From Ranitomeya imitator (lineage: Eukaryota): DNA of 64,000 nt. Under the pieces are notes generated by a model, which did no database searches, was not told where the DNA came from, and worked only from the letters and a program-made list of their open reading frames with translations. The stretch covers positions 386,384,001 through 386,448,000 of the forward strand of contig NC_091284.1 of assembly GCF_032444005.1 (NCBI RefSeq), in the 5' to 3' direction. The position numbers and the translations under genes are program-made. Shown here piece after piece: positions 37,701 through 49,008 of the stretch; the first letter of the stretch is position 1; each line of letters begins with the position of its first letter.

Positions 37701-37830
37701 AATCTTGTTCAGGAGGGACCTCACCCGCAAATATACTTTGAGCACGCTGTACCCAGGACGCATCTCGGCTCCTGAAGTCCATATTGGATAGGACAAAGAA
37801 ACTGCAAAACAACAAAACACCTATATACAT
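34708..37830 (-). CDS. Penelope-like RT + GIY-YIG endonuclease polyprotein, intact (1040 aa; probable start at Met17, 37782)
   Basis: PSDKGGNVVIW, LPKVHK..PPGRPIVS, DVESLYSSI, GTAMGASCAPSYANLF, RYIDD, FLDI, Cys linker CSPCGKCVAC, and GIY-YIG VIY..C.CGLVYVGMT...R.RI.EH. Neptune-like assignment inferred from the Cys linker. Confidence 0.95.
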   Translation of the reverse strand: MYIGVLLFCSFFVLSNMDFRSRDASWVQRAQSIFAGEVPPEQDSAQKAALKKTLKNLLNRRTRTWWNKVSLENYLKKGLTPRGLRIQVFPSFQIEDDEFRLRWETACNICSSSFMGIIIDFNTKTLEELEVEIGEVQKKLNLECSKEEIELFKKEVEKNLVEWENQISNTKTKKFLRDLEDKKSNRMFRWNNQKTGKNDVSVKNSTDTSLTGMSTTSSASTRRYPIRYNRRRYEHNRGPRERKQNGKVRYEETNIPGTSSKVINLSKIPLSSDHISVLSLGLSFSPASRFDRFSVTKDLQLFARKLTFKKMFHQQEDVSMTATISDTQVLETLEDLARESESGKGNGEYPSHLLPKSTKFPQTSTYPEIDLFIRMVMRDLEDIPKTIKRDNLTKGERTALKELEDRKDVVIKPSDKGGNVVIWPVELYEKEMYRQINNIVCYRRLTFNPMSKFRSELKELLSKAVNDGILTCKQMEGLLINEPNVAVIYLLPKVHKDPVSPPGRPIVSGINNLCDPLCRLIDHYLKPLVETLPSFLKDTTDVLRKLDGIHLESDMLLVTCDVESLYSSIRHEDGIRATQFFLNVSGLDGALCDFLLTALNFILTHNFFLFKESLYLQLQGTAMGASCAPSYANLFLGLWERDIFQSNPIPMCSGVVAWWRYIDDVLLIWQGTQSDLDTFFKHLNDNCLNLKLTYQCSNQHIEFLDILIQVDQMGSIQTDLFRKKTAANTLLHATSQHPRHLLRNIPTGQFLRARRICSNDLFFERQAGDLQHRFMERGYGKMNLCQAYTRARLSNRCHLLRNKPTKTKTFDTKVRCILDFNSRSEEVYEILQKHWSILSLDKTLSNIVGVTPAVTYRRARNLRDHLVHSYHKGENTKFIFGSKGPAWGCSPCGKCVACKNVVKTKDFMNSDATEQYTITHTINCTTKAVIYHATCGCGLVYVGMTSREFRRRIREHILDIEGAKTSDDLTILKPIPRHFKEKHQCDPTGLLFRGIDRVFIGPRGGNWKRLLAQKETKWIFKLNTISPYGLNDHNSFQPFL

Positions 37831-38267
37831 GTCCTATATAAGGGCCATAATACTAGATAATAAACACCTACAAATAATGGCAACACCAGAAAGAACCATA
37901 TCATAAAAGGATATAACTTTATTGAACATAAAATAAATACAAAATATATAAAATACAAAGATATACTGCAGGTGAGGATCACATAAACAAGAAGGAAGAG
38001 GTAGATAACGCCTGGATAAAAGTCTATGTATAAACCACAGCTGACCTGTCACATAATAAATCCAAAAACAGAGTTGGAACAAAGTAAGGAGACCTTAATG
38101 TCTAATATGCCTATATACGTATGGAGAGCTACAACCAAAAACGTACACCAGTAAAGGCCGACAAAGGTCCTATGAATAGTATAAGATAGCATATAACTAG
38201 TGACAACAACGTTACATTATGTACATATATTTACCAGATCAGGTGTAGGATAACCAGGCGTCCACCA

Positions 38268-38310
38268 CACCCGACGCGCGTTTCGCACTGAAATGCTTCG
38301 TCCAGGGGTG
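38268..38310 (-). ncRNA. Minimal hammerhead ribozyme variant (copy 2)
   Basis: Same sequence as 33574-33616. Confidence 0.72.
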
Positions 38311-39402
38311 GATAGACGCTGGTTTCATCCCTTTTTATATTGCAATAGGCCATAGGAACCGAAAAACCGGAAACCGGAAGCAGATCTGGGCGCATGCGCA
38401 CATAGCACAAGAGTTTCTTCATAATAAGTTGTCGCTCGGTATTCTTACTAATAATCACTGCGCAGTGTCTCTAAGTGATAAATAGCCGCCGTATCCTATA
38501 TACCGCCGCTACCGCCTGATGAAAAAATGAAGTGGCGGTAAGAAGAAGCGCCGTGTACAACTAAGTGCGGTCGTCATGGAAACCGAAGTCCCGCGATAGA
38601 AGATGTGAGCGCCGCGGCAGAAGCCCGGTGTCACCTGACAAGATCAAGTGATACAGTCACGTGAGGAAGGTAAGTAAACAACCATAGAAGTGTACTAGAG
38701 ACCGCAGACCAAGAAGAAGTTTTAGTACCGCAGAGAAAAAAGACGGAACCTAGAAAAAAAGAAAAAATGGAAGGAATGCACATAATAAATTAGATAACAA
38801 ACACAAGGATGACATACAACTTAGTGCTTATAACCAAATAATGGTAAGAATAATACAAAAAAACATATAAGTGTTATACTAACAGCCATCAACTAACTGC
38901 TATGCAGCAGAGCAATGGATAAAAAGGTGTACATATATATAATATAATCGAAATATAAAATTGAACATATATATATATATAAAACTACATACACATATAC
39001 ATATCACATAAAATTAGTGTAAACAACCTATGTATAAATAAATACGTATGTAAAAGTGCTGAGTGCTGCAGATGTCGGAGAACAAAAGTGACGAGTGCTT
39101 CAAACAGACGCCATCATATATAGGTAGAAGGTGAAAATGAAGATATCATCCTTGATAAGTGGAAGATGGAATAACGATGGTAACAAAATAAATATCTAAA
39201 AGAATAGTAAATAAATATATATAAATATATGCATTCCAAAAGGGGAGAGAAAAAAAAATAAAACCAACATCAAAAAATCACAACAGCTCAAAGAGGATAA
39301 AAGAGAATTTAATGAGATTAAAAAAATAAAACAATGATTAAAAACACGAAGCAAGAAGAACTAGTGGAAAAATTGGTAACAGAACGACTGATGGAAGGTT
39401 CA

Positions 39403-42400
39403 TTACAAGAATGGTTGAAAACTGTTATGATCATTTAATCCATATGGTGAAATTGTGTTTAATTTAAAAATCCATTTCGTCTCCTTTTGGGCCAATAGGC
39501 GTTTCCAGTTACCCCCACGTGGCCCAATGAAAACCCTATCAATGCCCCTAAATAAAAGTCCAGTGGGATCACATTGATGTTTTTCTTTGAAATGTCGTGG
39601 GATTGGCTTCAGAATTGTCAGATCATCACTGGTCTTGGCCCCTTCAATGTCTAGTATATGCTCCCGAATACGCCTCCTAAACTCCCTTGATGTCATACCA
39701 ACATATACAAGGCCACAGCCACAAGTGGCATGGTATATGACTGCTTTTGTAGTGCAGTTAATAGTGTGGGTGATGGTATATTGCTCAGTTGCATCCGAAT
39801 TCATGAAATCCTTCGTTTTAACTACATTTTTGCATGCCACACACTTACCACAAGGTGAGCAGCCCCAAGCCGGGCCTTTGGATCCAAAGATAAATTTGGT
39901 ATTCTCACCCTTGTGGTAGCTGTGGACTAGATGATCACGTAAATTACGTGCCCTTCTATAGGTCACAGCAGGGGTAACCCCAACTATATTCGATAGGGTC
40001 TTATCAAGTGATAGGATGGACCAGTGTTTCTGAAGAATCTCATAAACCTCCTCACTCCGGGAATTAAAATCCAGGATACATCTTACCTTTGTGTCAAAGG
40101 TCTTGGTCTTCGTGGGTTTATTTCTCAATAAATGACATCGATTGCTTAGACGAGCTCTTGTGTATGCTTGACATAAATTCATCTTGCCATATCCACGTTC
40201 CATGAATCTGTGCTGAAGGTCCCCGGCCTGTCTTTCAAAAAAGAGATCATTAGAGCAGATTCTCCTGGCTCTTAGAAACTGTCCAGTAGGGATGTTTCTC
40301 AGCAAGTGTCTAGGGTGTTGGGACGTAGCATGTAGCAAAGTATTGGCTGCTGTCTTTTTCCTAAACAGGTCTGTCTGAATACTGCCCGTTTGATCGACTT
40401 GGATTAAGATGTCTAAGAATTCGATGTGTTGATTGCTACATTGATATGTCAATTTTAGATTTAAACAATTATCATTCAGATGTTTAAAGAAGGTGTCTAG
40501 GTCACTTTGTGTGCCTTGCCAAATTAGAAGCACATCATCAATGTAGCGCCACCATGCTACAACTCCAGAACACATAGGTATAGGATTAGACTGAAAAATG
40601 TCCCTCTCCCACAGCCCCAGGAAGAGATTTGCATATGAGGGCGCACAAGACGCCCCCATTGCAGTCCCCTGGAGCTGTAGGTAGAGGGACTCCTTAAAAA
40701 GGAAAAAATTATGTGTCAAAATAAAGTTTAAAGCTGTCAGAAGGAAATCACAGAGTGCCCCATCCAGACCACTCACGTTGAGAAAAAATTGTGTGGCACG
40801 AATACCGTCCTCATGTCGAATAGATGAGTATAAAGACTCAACATCACATGTTACAAGTAGCATGTCAGATTCCAGATGTATGCCGTCAAGTTTCCTGAGA
40901 ACATCAGTTGTATCCTTCAGGAAGGATGGCAAAGTTTCCACCAAAGGTTTTAAATAGTGGTCTATTAATCTACATAAAGGGTCACATAAGTTGTTAATTC
41001 CAGATACAATTGGTCTACCTGGTGGACTGACCGGGTCCTTATGTACTTTAGGTAATAGGTAGATCACTGCCACATTAGGTTCGTTGATCAGTAGACCTTC
41101 CATCTGTTTACAGGTGAGTATACCATCGTTCACAGCTTTTGACAACAACTCTTTTAACTCAGACCTGAATTTGGACATAGGGTTAAACGTTAGTCGACGA
41201 TAACACACAATATTGTTAATTTGTCTATACATTTCTTTCTCGTATAATTCAACAGGCCAGATAACCACATTACCCCCTTTATCGGAGGGTTTTATAACCA
41301 CGTCTTTCCTATCCTCTAGTTCTTTGAGAGCCGTCCTTTCACCCTTTGTGAGGTTATCCCTTTTAATTGTTTTTGGGATATCCTCAAGGTCCCTCATCAC
41401 CATTCTGATGAATAGGTCAATCTCAGGATATGTAGAAGTCTGTGGAAATTTTGTAGATTTAGGGAGAAGATGTGAAGGATACTCACCATTACCTTTTCCA
41501 GATTCAGATTCCCTTGCCAGGTCTTCCAGTGTTTCAAGGACTTGTGTATCCGAAATCGTCGCTGTCATTGATACATCTTCCTGTTGATGGAACATTTTCT
41601 TAAAGGTTAGCTTCCTAGCAAATAATTGTAGATCCTTTGTCACCGAGAACCTATCAAATCTTGATGCAGGGGAAAAAGACAGGCCGAGGCTCAGCACCGA
41701 AATGTGGTCAGAAGACAATGGTATTTTAGATAGGTTAATTACCTTGGATGATGTACCAGGTATATTTGTTTCCTCATAACGGACTTTTCCATTTTGCTTC
41801 CTTTCACGTGGTCCACGGTTGTGTTCATATCTCCGCCTATTGTACCTGATAGGATATCTCCTAGTACTGGCAGATGATGTTGTAGACATGCCAGTTAATG
41901 ACGTGTCCGTAGAGTTTTTAACTGATACATCATTCTTCCCGGTCTTTTGATTGTTCCATCTGAACATGCGATTAGATTTTTTGTCCTCCAGGTCCCTTAG
42001 AAATTTTTTAGTTTTAGTGTTTGAGATCTGGTTTTTCCATTCAACTAGATTTTTCTCAACCTCCTTCTTGAACAATTCAATTTCCTCTTTAGAACACTCT
42101 AAATTTAATTTCTTTTGTACTTCGCCAATTTCCACCTCTAGTTCCTCTAACGTTTTTGTATTAAAATCAATGATTATCCCCATGAAAGAGGATGAACATA
42201 TATTGCATGCCGTCTCCCATCTGAGACGAAACTCATCATCCTCTATTTGGAAGGACGGAAAAACTTGAATCCTCAGCCCACGGGGAGTGAGACCCTTTTT
42301 AAGGTAATTTTCAAGTGACACCTTATTCCACCAAGTACGTGTTCTCCGATTCAGGAGATTCTTCAGGGTTTTCTTAAGGGCTGCCTTTTGAGCTGAATCT

Positions 42401-42525
42401 TGTTCAGGAGGGACCTCACCCGCAAATATACTTTGAGCACGCTGTACCCAGGACGCATCTCGGCTCCTGAAGTCCATATTGGATAGGACAAAGAAACTGC
42501 AAAACAACAAAACACCTATATACAT
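39403..42525 (-). CDS. Penelope-like RT + GIY-YIG polyprotein, intact second copy (1040 aa)
   Basis: Near-identical to copy 1; visible differences are VEWKNQ vs VEWENQ and VDQTGS vs VDQMGS. Confidence 0.95.
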   Translation of the reverse strand: MYIGVLLFCSFFVLSNMDFRSRDASWVQRAQSIFAGEVPPEQDSAQKAALKKTLKNLLNRRTRTWWNKVSLENYLKKGLTPRGLRIQVFPSFQIEDDEFRLRWETACNICSSSFMGIIIDFNTKTLEELEVEIGEVQKKLNLECSKEEIELFKKEVEKNLVEWKNQISNTKTKKFLRDLEDKKSNRMFRWNNQKTGKNDVSVKNSTDTSLTGMSTTSSASTRRYPIRYNRRRYEHNRGPRERKQNGKVRYEETNIPGTSSKVINLSKIPLSSDHISVLSLGLSFSPASRFDRFSVTKDLQLFARKLTFKKMFHQQEDVSMTATISDTQVLETLEDLARESESGKGNGEYPSHLLPKSTKFPQTSTYPEIDLFIRMVMRDLEDIPKTIKRDNLTKGERTALKELEDRKDVVIKPSDKGGNVVIWPVELYEKEMYRQINNIVCYRRLTFNPMSKFRSELKELLSKAVNDGILTCKQMEGLLINEPNVAVIYLLPKVHKDPVSPPGRPIVSGINNLCDPLCRLIDHYLKPLVETLPSFLKDTTDVLRKLDGIHLESDMLLVTCDVESLYSSIRHEDGIRATQFFLNVSGLDGALCDFLLTALNFILTHNFFLFKESLYLQLQGTAMGASCAPSYANLFLGLWERDIFQSNPIPMCSGVVAWWRYIDDVLLIWQGTQSDLDTFFKHLNDNCLNLKLTYQCSNQHIEFLDILIQVDQTGSIQTDLFRKKTAANTLLHATSQHPRHLLRNIPTGQFLRARRICSNDLFFERQAGDLQHRFMERGYGKMNLCQAYTRARLSNRCHLLRNKPTKTKTFDTKVRCILDFNSRSEEVYEILQKHWSILSLDKTLSNIVGVTPAVTYRRARNLRDHLVHSYHKGENTKFIFGSKGPAWGCSPCGKCVACKNVVKTKDFMNSDATEQYTITHTINCTTKAVIYHATCGCGLVYVGMTSREFRRRIREHILDIEGAKTSDDLTILKPIPRHFKEKHQCDPTGLLFRGIDRVFIGPRGGNWKRLLAQKETKWIFKLNTISPYGLNDHNSFQPFL

Positions 42526-42962
42526 GTCCTATATAAGGGCCATAATACTAGATAATAAACACCTACAAATAATGGCAACACCAGAAAGAACCATATCATA
42601 AAAGGATATAACTTTATTGAACATAAAATAAATACAAAATATATAAAATACAAAGATATACTGCAGGTGAGGATCACATAAACAAGAAGGAAGAGGTAGA
42701 TAACGCCTGGATAAAAGTCTATGTATAAACCACAGCTGACCTGTCACATAATAAATCCAAAAACAGAGTTGGAACAAAGTAAGGAGACCTTAATGTCTAA
42801 TATGCCTATATACGTATGGAGAGCTACAACCAAAAACGTACACCAGTAAAGGCCGACAAAGGTCCTATGAATAGTATAAGATAGCATATAACTAGTGACA
42901 ACAACGTTACATTATGTACATATATTTACCAGATCAGGTGTAGGATAACCAGGCGTCCACCA

Positions 42963-43005
42963 CACCCGACGCGCGTTTCGCACTGAAATGCTTCGTCCAG
43001 GGGTG
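42963..43005 (-). ncRNA. Minimal hammerhead ribozyme variant (copy 3)
   Basis: Same sequence as 33574-33616. Confidence 0.72.
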
Positions 43006-44094
43006 GATAGACGCTGGTTTCATCCCTTTTTATATTGCAATAGGCCATAGGAACCGAAAAACCGGAAACCGGAAGTAGATCTGGGCGCATGCGCACATAG
43101 CACAAGAGTTTCTTCATAATAAGTTGTCGCTCGGTATTCTTACTAATAATCACTGCGCAGTGTCTCTAAGTGATAAATAGCCGCCGTATCCTATATACCG
43201 CCACTACCGCCTGATGAAAAAATGAAGTGGCGGTAAGAAGAAGCGCCGTGTACAACTAAGTGCGGTCGTCATGGAAACCGAAGTCCCGCGATAGAAGATG
43301 TGAGCGCCGCGGCAGAAGCCCGGTGTCACCTGACAAGATCAAGTGATACAGTCACGTGAGGAAGGTAAGTAAACAACCATAGAAGTGTACTAGAGACCGC
43401 AGACCAAGAAGAAGTTTTAGTACCGCAGAGAAAAAAGACGGAACCTAGAAAAAAAGAAAAAATGGAAGGAATGCACATAATAAATTAGATAACAAACACA
43501 AGGATGACATACAACTTAGTGCTTATAACCAAATAATGGTAAGAATAATACAAAAAAACATATAAGTGTTATACTAACAGCCATCAACTAACTGCTATGC
43601 AGCAGAGCAATGGATAAAAAGGTGTACATATATATAATATAATCGAAATATAAAATTGGACATATACATATATATAAAACTACATACACATATACATATC
43701 ACATAAAATTAGTGTAAACAACCTATGTATAAATAAATACGTATGTAAAAGTGCTGAGTGCTGCAGATGTCGGAGAACAAAAGTGACGAGTGCTTCAAAC
43801 AGACGCCATCATATATAGGTAGAAGGTGAAAATGAAGATATCATCCTTGATAAGTGGAAGATGGAATAACGATGGCAACAAAATAAATATCTAAAAGAAT
43901 AGTAAATAAATATATATAAATATATGCATTCCAAAAGGGGAGAGAAAAAAAAAAAACAACATCAAAAAATCACAACAGCTCAAAGAGGATAAAAGAGAAT
44001 TTAATGAGATTAAAAAAATAAAACAATGATTAAAAACACGAAGCAAGAAGAACTAGTGGAAAAATTGGTAACAGAACGACTGATGGAAGGTTCA

Positions 44095-45386
44095 TTACAA
44101 GAATGGTTGAAAACTGTTATGATCATTTAATCCATATGGTGAAATTGTGTTTAATTTAAAAATCCATTTCGTCTCCTTTTGGGCCAATAGGCGTTTCCAG
44201 TTACCCCCACGTGGCCCAATGAAAACCCTATCAATGCCCCTAAATAAAAGTCCAGTGGGATCACATTGATGTTTTTCTTTGAAATGTCGTGGGATTGGCT
44301 TCAGAATTGTCAGATCATCACTGGTCTTGGCCCCTTCAATGTCTAGTATATGCTCCCGAATACGCCTCCTAAACTCCCTTGATGTCATACCAACATATAC
44401 AAGGCCACAGCCACAAGTGGCATGGTATATGACTGCTTTTGTAGTGCAGTTAATAGTGTGGGTGATGGTATATTGCTCAGTTGCATCCGAATTCATGAAA
44501 TCCTTCGTTTTAACTACATTTTTGCATGCCACACACTTACCACAAGGTGAGCAGCCCCAAGCCGGGCCTTTGGATCCAAAGATAAATTTGGTATTCTCAC
44601 CCTTGTGGTAGCTGTGGACTAGATGATCACGTAAATTACGTGCCCTTCTATAGGTCACAGCAGGGGTAACCCCAACTATATTCGATAGGGTCTTATCAAG
44701 TGATAGGATGGACCAGTGTTTCTGAAGAATCTCATAAACCTCCTCACTCCGGGAATTAAAATCCAGGATACATCTTACCTTTGTGTCAAAGGTCTTGGTC
44801 TTCGTGGGTTTATTTCTCAATAAATGACATCGATTGCTTAGACGAGCTCTTGTGTATGCTTGACATAAATTCATCTTGCCATATCCACGTTCCATGAATC
44901 TGTGCTGAAGGTCCCCGGCCTGTCTTTCAAAAAAGAGATCATTAGAGCAGATTCTCCTGGCTCTTAGAAACTGTCCAGTAGGGATGTTTCTCAGCAAGTG
45001 TCTAGGGTGTTGGGACGTAGCATGTAGCAAAGTATTGGCTGCTGTCTTTTTCCTAAACAGGTCTGTCTGAATACTGCCCGTTTGATCGACTTGGATTAAG
45101 ATGTCTAAGAATTCGATGTGTTGATTGCTACATTGATATGTCAATTTTAGATTTAAACAATTATCATTCAGATGTTTAAAGAAGGTGTCTAGGTCACTTT
45201 GTGTGCCTTGCCAAATTAGAAGCACATCATCAATGTAGCGCCACCATGCTACAACTCCAGAACACATAGGTATAGGATTAGACTGAAAAATGTCCCTCTC
45301 CCACAGCCCCAGGAAGAGATTTGCATATGAGGGCGCACAAGACGCCCCCATTGCAGTCCCCTGGAGCTGTAGGTAGAGGGACTCCT
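44095..45386 (-). pseudogene. 5'-truncated third PLE ORF (C-terminal RT, linker, GIY-YIG)
   Basis: Identity with copies 1 and 2 begins at ..ESLYLQLQGTAMG and stops at the inversion junction. Confidence 0.92.
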
Positions 45387-47876
45387 GGCATGTCTACAAC
45401 ATCATCTGCCAGTACTAGGAGATATCCTATCAGGTACAATAGGCGGAGATATGAACACAACCGTGGACCACGTGAAAGGAAGCAAAATGGAAAAGTCCGT
45501 TATGAGGAAACAAATATACCTGGTACATCATCCAAGGTAATTAACCTATCTAAAATACCATTGTCTTCTGACCACATTTCGGTGCTGAGCCTCGGCCTGT
45601 CTTTTTCCCCTGCATCAAGATTTGATAGGTTCTCGGTGACAAAGGATCTACAATTATTTGCTAGGAAGCTAACCTTTAAGAAAATGTTCCATCAACAGGA
45701 AGATGTATCAATGACAGCGACGATTTCGGATACACAAGTCCTTGAAACACTGGAAGACCTGGCAAGGGAATCTGAATCTGGAAAAGGTAATGGTGAGTAT
45801 CCTTCACATCTTCTCCCTAAATCTACAAAATTTCCACAGACTTCTACATATCCTGAGATTGACCTATTCATCAGAATGGTGATGAGGGACCTTGAGGATA
45901 TCCCAAAAACAATTAAAAGGGATAACCTCACAAAGGGTGAAAGGACGGCTCTCAAAGAACTAGAGGATAGGAAAGACGTGGTTATAAAACCCTCCGATAA
46001 AGGGGGTAATGTGGTTATCTGGCCTGTTGAATTATACGAGAAAGAAATGTATAGACAAATTAACAATATTGTGTGTTATCGTCGACTAACGTTTAACCCT
46101 ATGTCCAAATTCAGGTCTGAGTTAAAAGAGTTGTTGTCAAAAGCTGTGAACGATGGTATACTCACCTGTAAACAGATGGAAGGTCTACTGATCAACGAAC
46201 CTAATGTGGCAGTGATCTACCTATTACCTAAAGTACATAAGGACCCGGTCAGTCCACCAGGTAGACCAATTGTATCTGGAATTAACAACTTATGTGACCC
46301 TTTATGTAGATTAATAGACCACTATTTAAAACCTTTGGTGGAAACTTTGCCATCCTTCCTGAAGGATACAACTGATGTTCTCAGGAAACTTGACGGCATA
46401 CATCTGGAATCTGACATGCTACTTGTAACATGTGATGTTGAGTCTTTATACTCATCTATTCGACATGAGGACGGTATTCGTGCCACACAATTTTTTCTCA
46501 ACGTGAGTGGTCTGGATGGGGCACTCTGTGATTTCCTTCTGACAGCTTTAAACTTTATTTTGACACATAATTTTTTCCTTTTTAAGGAGTCCCTCTACCT
46601 ACAGCTCCAGGGGACTGCAATGGGGGCGTCTTGTGCGCCCTCATATGCAAATCTCTTCCTGGGGCTGTGGGAGAAGGACATTTTTCAGTCTAATCCTATA
46701 CCTATGTGTTCTGGAGTTGTAGCATGGTGGCGCTACATTGATGATGTGCTTCTAATTTGGCAAGGCACACAAAGTGACCTAGACACCTTCTTTAAACATC
46801 TGAATGATAATTGTTTAAATCTAAAATTGACATATCAATGTAGCAATCAACACATCGAATTCTTAGACATCTTAATCCAAGTCGATCAAACGGGCAGTAT
46901 TCAGACAGACCTGTTTAGGAAAAAGACAGCAGCCAATACTTTGCTACATGCTACGTCCCAACACCCTAGACACTTGCTGAGAAACATCCCTACTGGACAG
47001 TTTCTAAGAGCCAGGAGAATCTGCTCTAATGATCTCTTTTTTGAAAGACAGGCCGGGGACCTTCAGCACAGATTCATGGAACGTGGATATGGCAAGATGA
47101 ATTTATGTCAAGCATACACAAGAGCTCGTCTAAGCAATCGATGTCATTTATTGAGAAATAAACCCACGAAGACCAAGACCTTTGACACAAAGGTAAGATG
47201 TATCCTGGATTTTAATTCCCGGAGTGAGGAGGTTTATGAGATTCTTCAGAAACACTGGTCCATCCTATCACTTGATAAGACCCTATCGAATATAGTTGGG
47301 GTTACCCCTGCTGTGACCTATAGAAGGGCACGTAATTTACGTGATCATCTAGTCCACAGCTACCACAAGGGTGAGAATACCAAATTTATCTTTGGATCCA
47401 AAGGCCCGGCTTGGGGCTGCTCACCTTGTGGTAAGTGTGTGGCATGCAAAAATGTAGTTAAAACGAAGGATTTCATGAATTCGGATGCAACTGAGCAATA
47501 TACCATCACCCACACTATTAACTGCACTACAAAAGCAGTCATATACCATGCCACTTGTGGCTGTGGCCTTGTATATGTTGGTATGACATCAAGGGAGTTT
47601 AGGAGGCGTATTCGGGAGCATATACTAGACATTGAAGGGGCCAAGACCAGTGATGATCTGACAATTCTGAAGCCAATCCCACGACATTTCAAAGAAAAAC
47701 ATCAATGTGATCCCACTGGACTTTTATTTAGGGGCATTGATAGGGTTTTCATTGGGCCACGTGGGGGTAACTGGAAACGCCTATTGGCCCAAAAGGAGAC
47801 GAAATGGATTTTTAAATTAAACACAATTTCACCATATGGATTAAATGATCATAACAGTTTTCAACCATTCTTGTAA
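45385..47876 (+). pseudogene. Inverted, N-terminally truncated PLE ORF (lacks ~210 N-terminal aa, retains RT and GIY-YIG in an open frame)
   Basis: Starts at (T)GMSTTSSAS. The ORF-track N-terminus MHMRAHKTPP.. is antisense read-through from copy 3. One visible substitution, WEKD vs WERD. Confidence 0.9.
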
Positions 47877-48965
47877 TGAACCTTCCATCAGTCGTTCTGT
47901 TACCAATTTTTCCACTAGTTCTTCTTGCTTCGTGTTTTTAATCATTGTTTTATTTTTTTAATCTCATTAAATTCTCTTTTATCCTCTTTGAGCTGTTGTG
48001 ATTTTTTGATGTTGGTTTTTTTTTTTCTCTCCCCTTTTGGAATGCATATATTTATATATATTTATTTACTATTCTTTTAGATATTTATTTTGTTGCCATC
48101 GTTATTCCATCTTCCACTTATCAAGGATGATATCTTCATTTTCACCTTCTACCTATATATGATGGCGTCTGTTTGAAGCACTCGTCACTTTTGTTCTCCG
48201 ACATCTGCAGCACTCAGCACTTTTACATACGTATTTATTTATACATAGGTTGTTTACACTAATTTTATGTGATATGTATATGTGTATGTAGTTTTATATA
48301 TATGTATATGTCCAATTTTATATTTCGATTATATTATATATATGTACACCTTTTTATCCATTGCTCTGCTGCATAGCAGTTAGTTGATGGCTGTTAGTAT
48401 AACACTTATATGTTTTTTTGTATTATTCTTACCATTATTTGGTTATAAGCACTAAGTTGTATGTCATCCTTGTGTTTGTTATCTAATTTATTATGTGCAT
48501 TCCTTCCATTTTTTCTTTTTTTCTAGGTTCCGTCTTTTTTCTCTGCGGTACTAAAACTTCTTCTTGGTCTGCGGTCTCTAGTACACTTCTATGGTTGTTT
48601 ACTTACCTTCCTCACGTGACTGTATCACTTGATCTTGTCAGGTGACACCGGGCTTCTGCCGCGGCGCTCACATCTTCTATCGCGGGACTTCGGTTTCCAT
48701 GACGACCGCACTTAGTTGTACACGGCGCTTCTTCTTACCGCCACTTCATTTTTTCATCAGGCGGTAGCGGCGGTATATAGGATACGGCGGCTATTTATCA
48801 CTTAGAGACACTGCGCAGTGATTATTAGTAAGAATACCGAGCGACAACTTATTATGAAGAAACTCTTGTGCTATGTGCGCATGCGCCCAGATCTACTTCC
48901 GGTTTCCGGTTTTTCGGTTCCTATGGCCTATTGCAATATAAAAAGGGATGAAACCAGCGTCTATC

Positions 48966-49008
48966 CACCCCTGGACGAAGCATTTCAGTGCGAAACGCGC
49001 GTCGGGTG
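48966..49008 (+). ncRNA. Minimal hammerhead ribozyme variant (inverted-arm copy)
   Basis: CACCC 48966-70, core 48971-79, stem II 48980-91, GAA, palindrome ACGCGCGT 48995-49002, predicted cleavage after C49003. Stem I is extendable (ACCAG-CGTC / GACG-C-CTGGT). Confidence 0.72.

Noticed and set aside
45321-45386. Novel N-terminus on the 851-aa ORF suggesting a fusion protein
   Set aside because: The first ~22 codons are antisense sequence of copy 3 that happens to be in frame; no promoter evidence.
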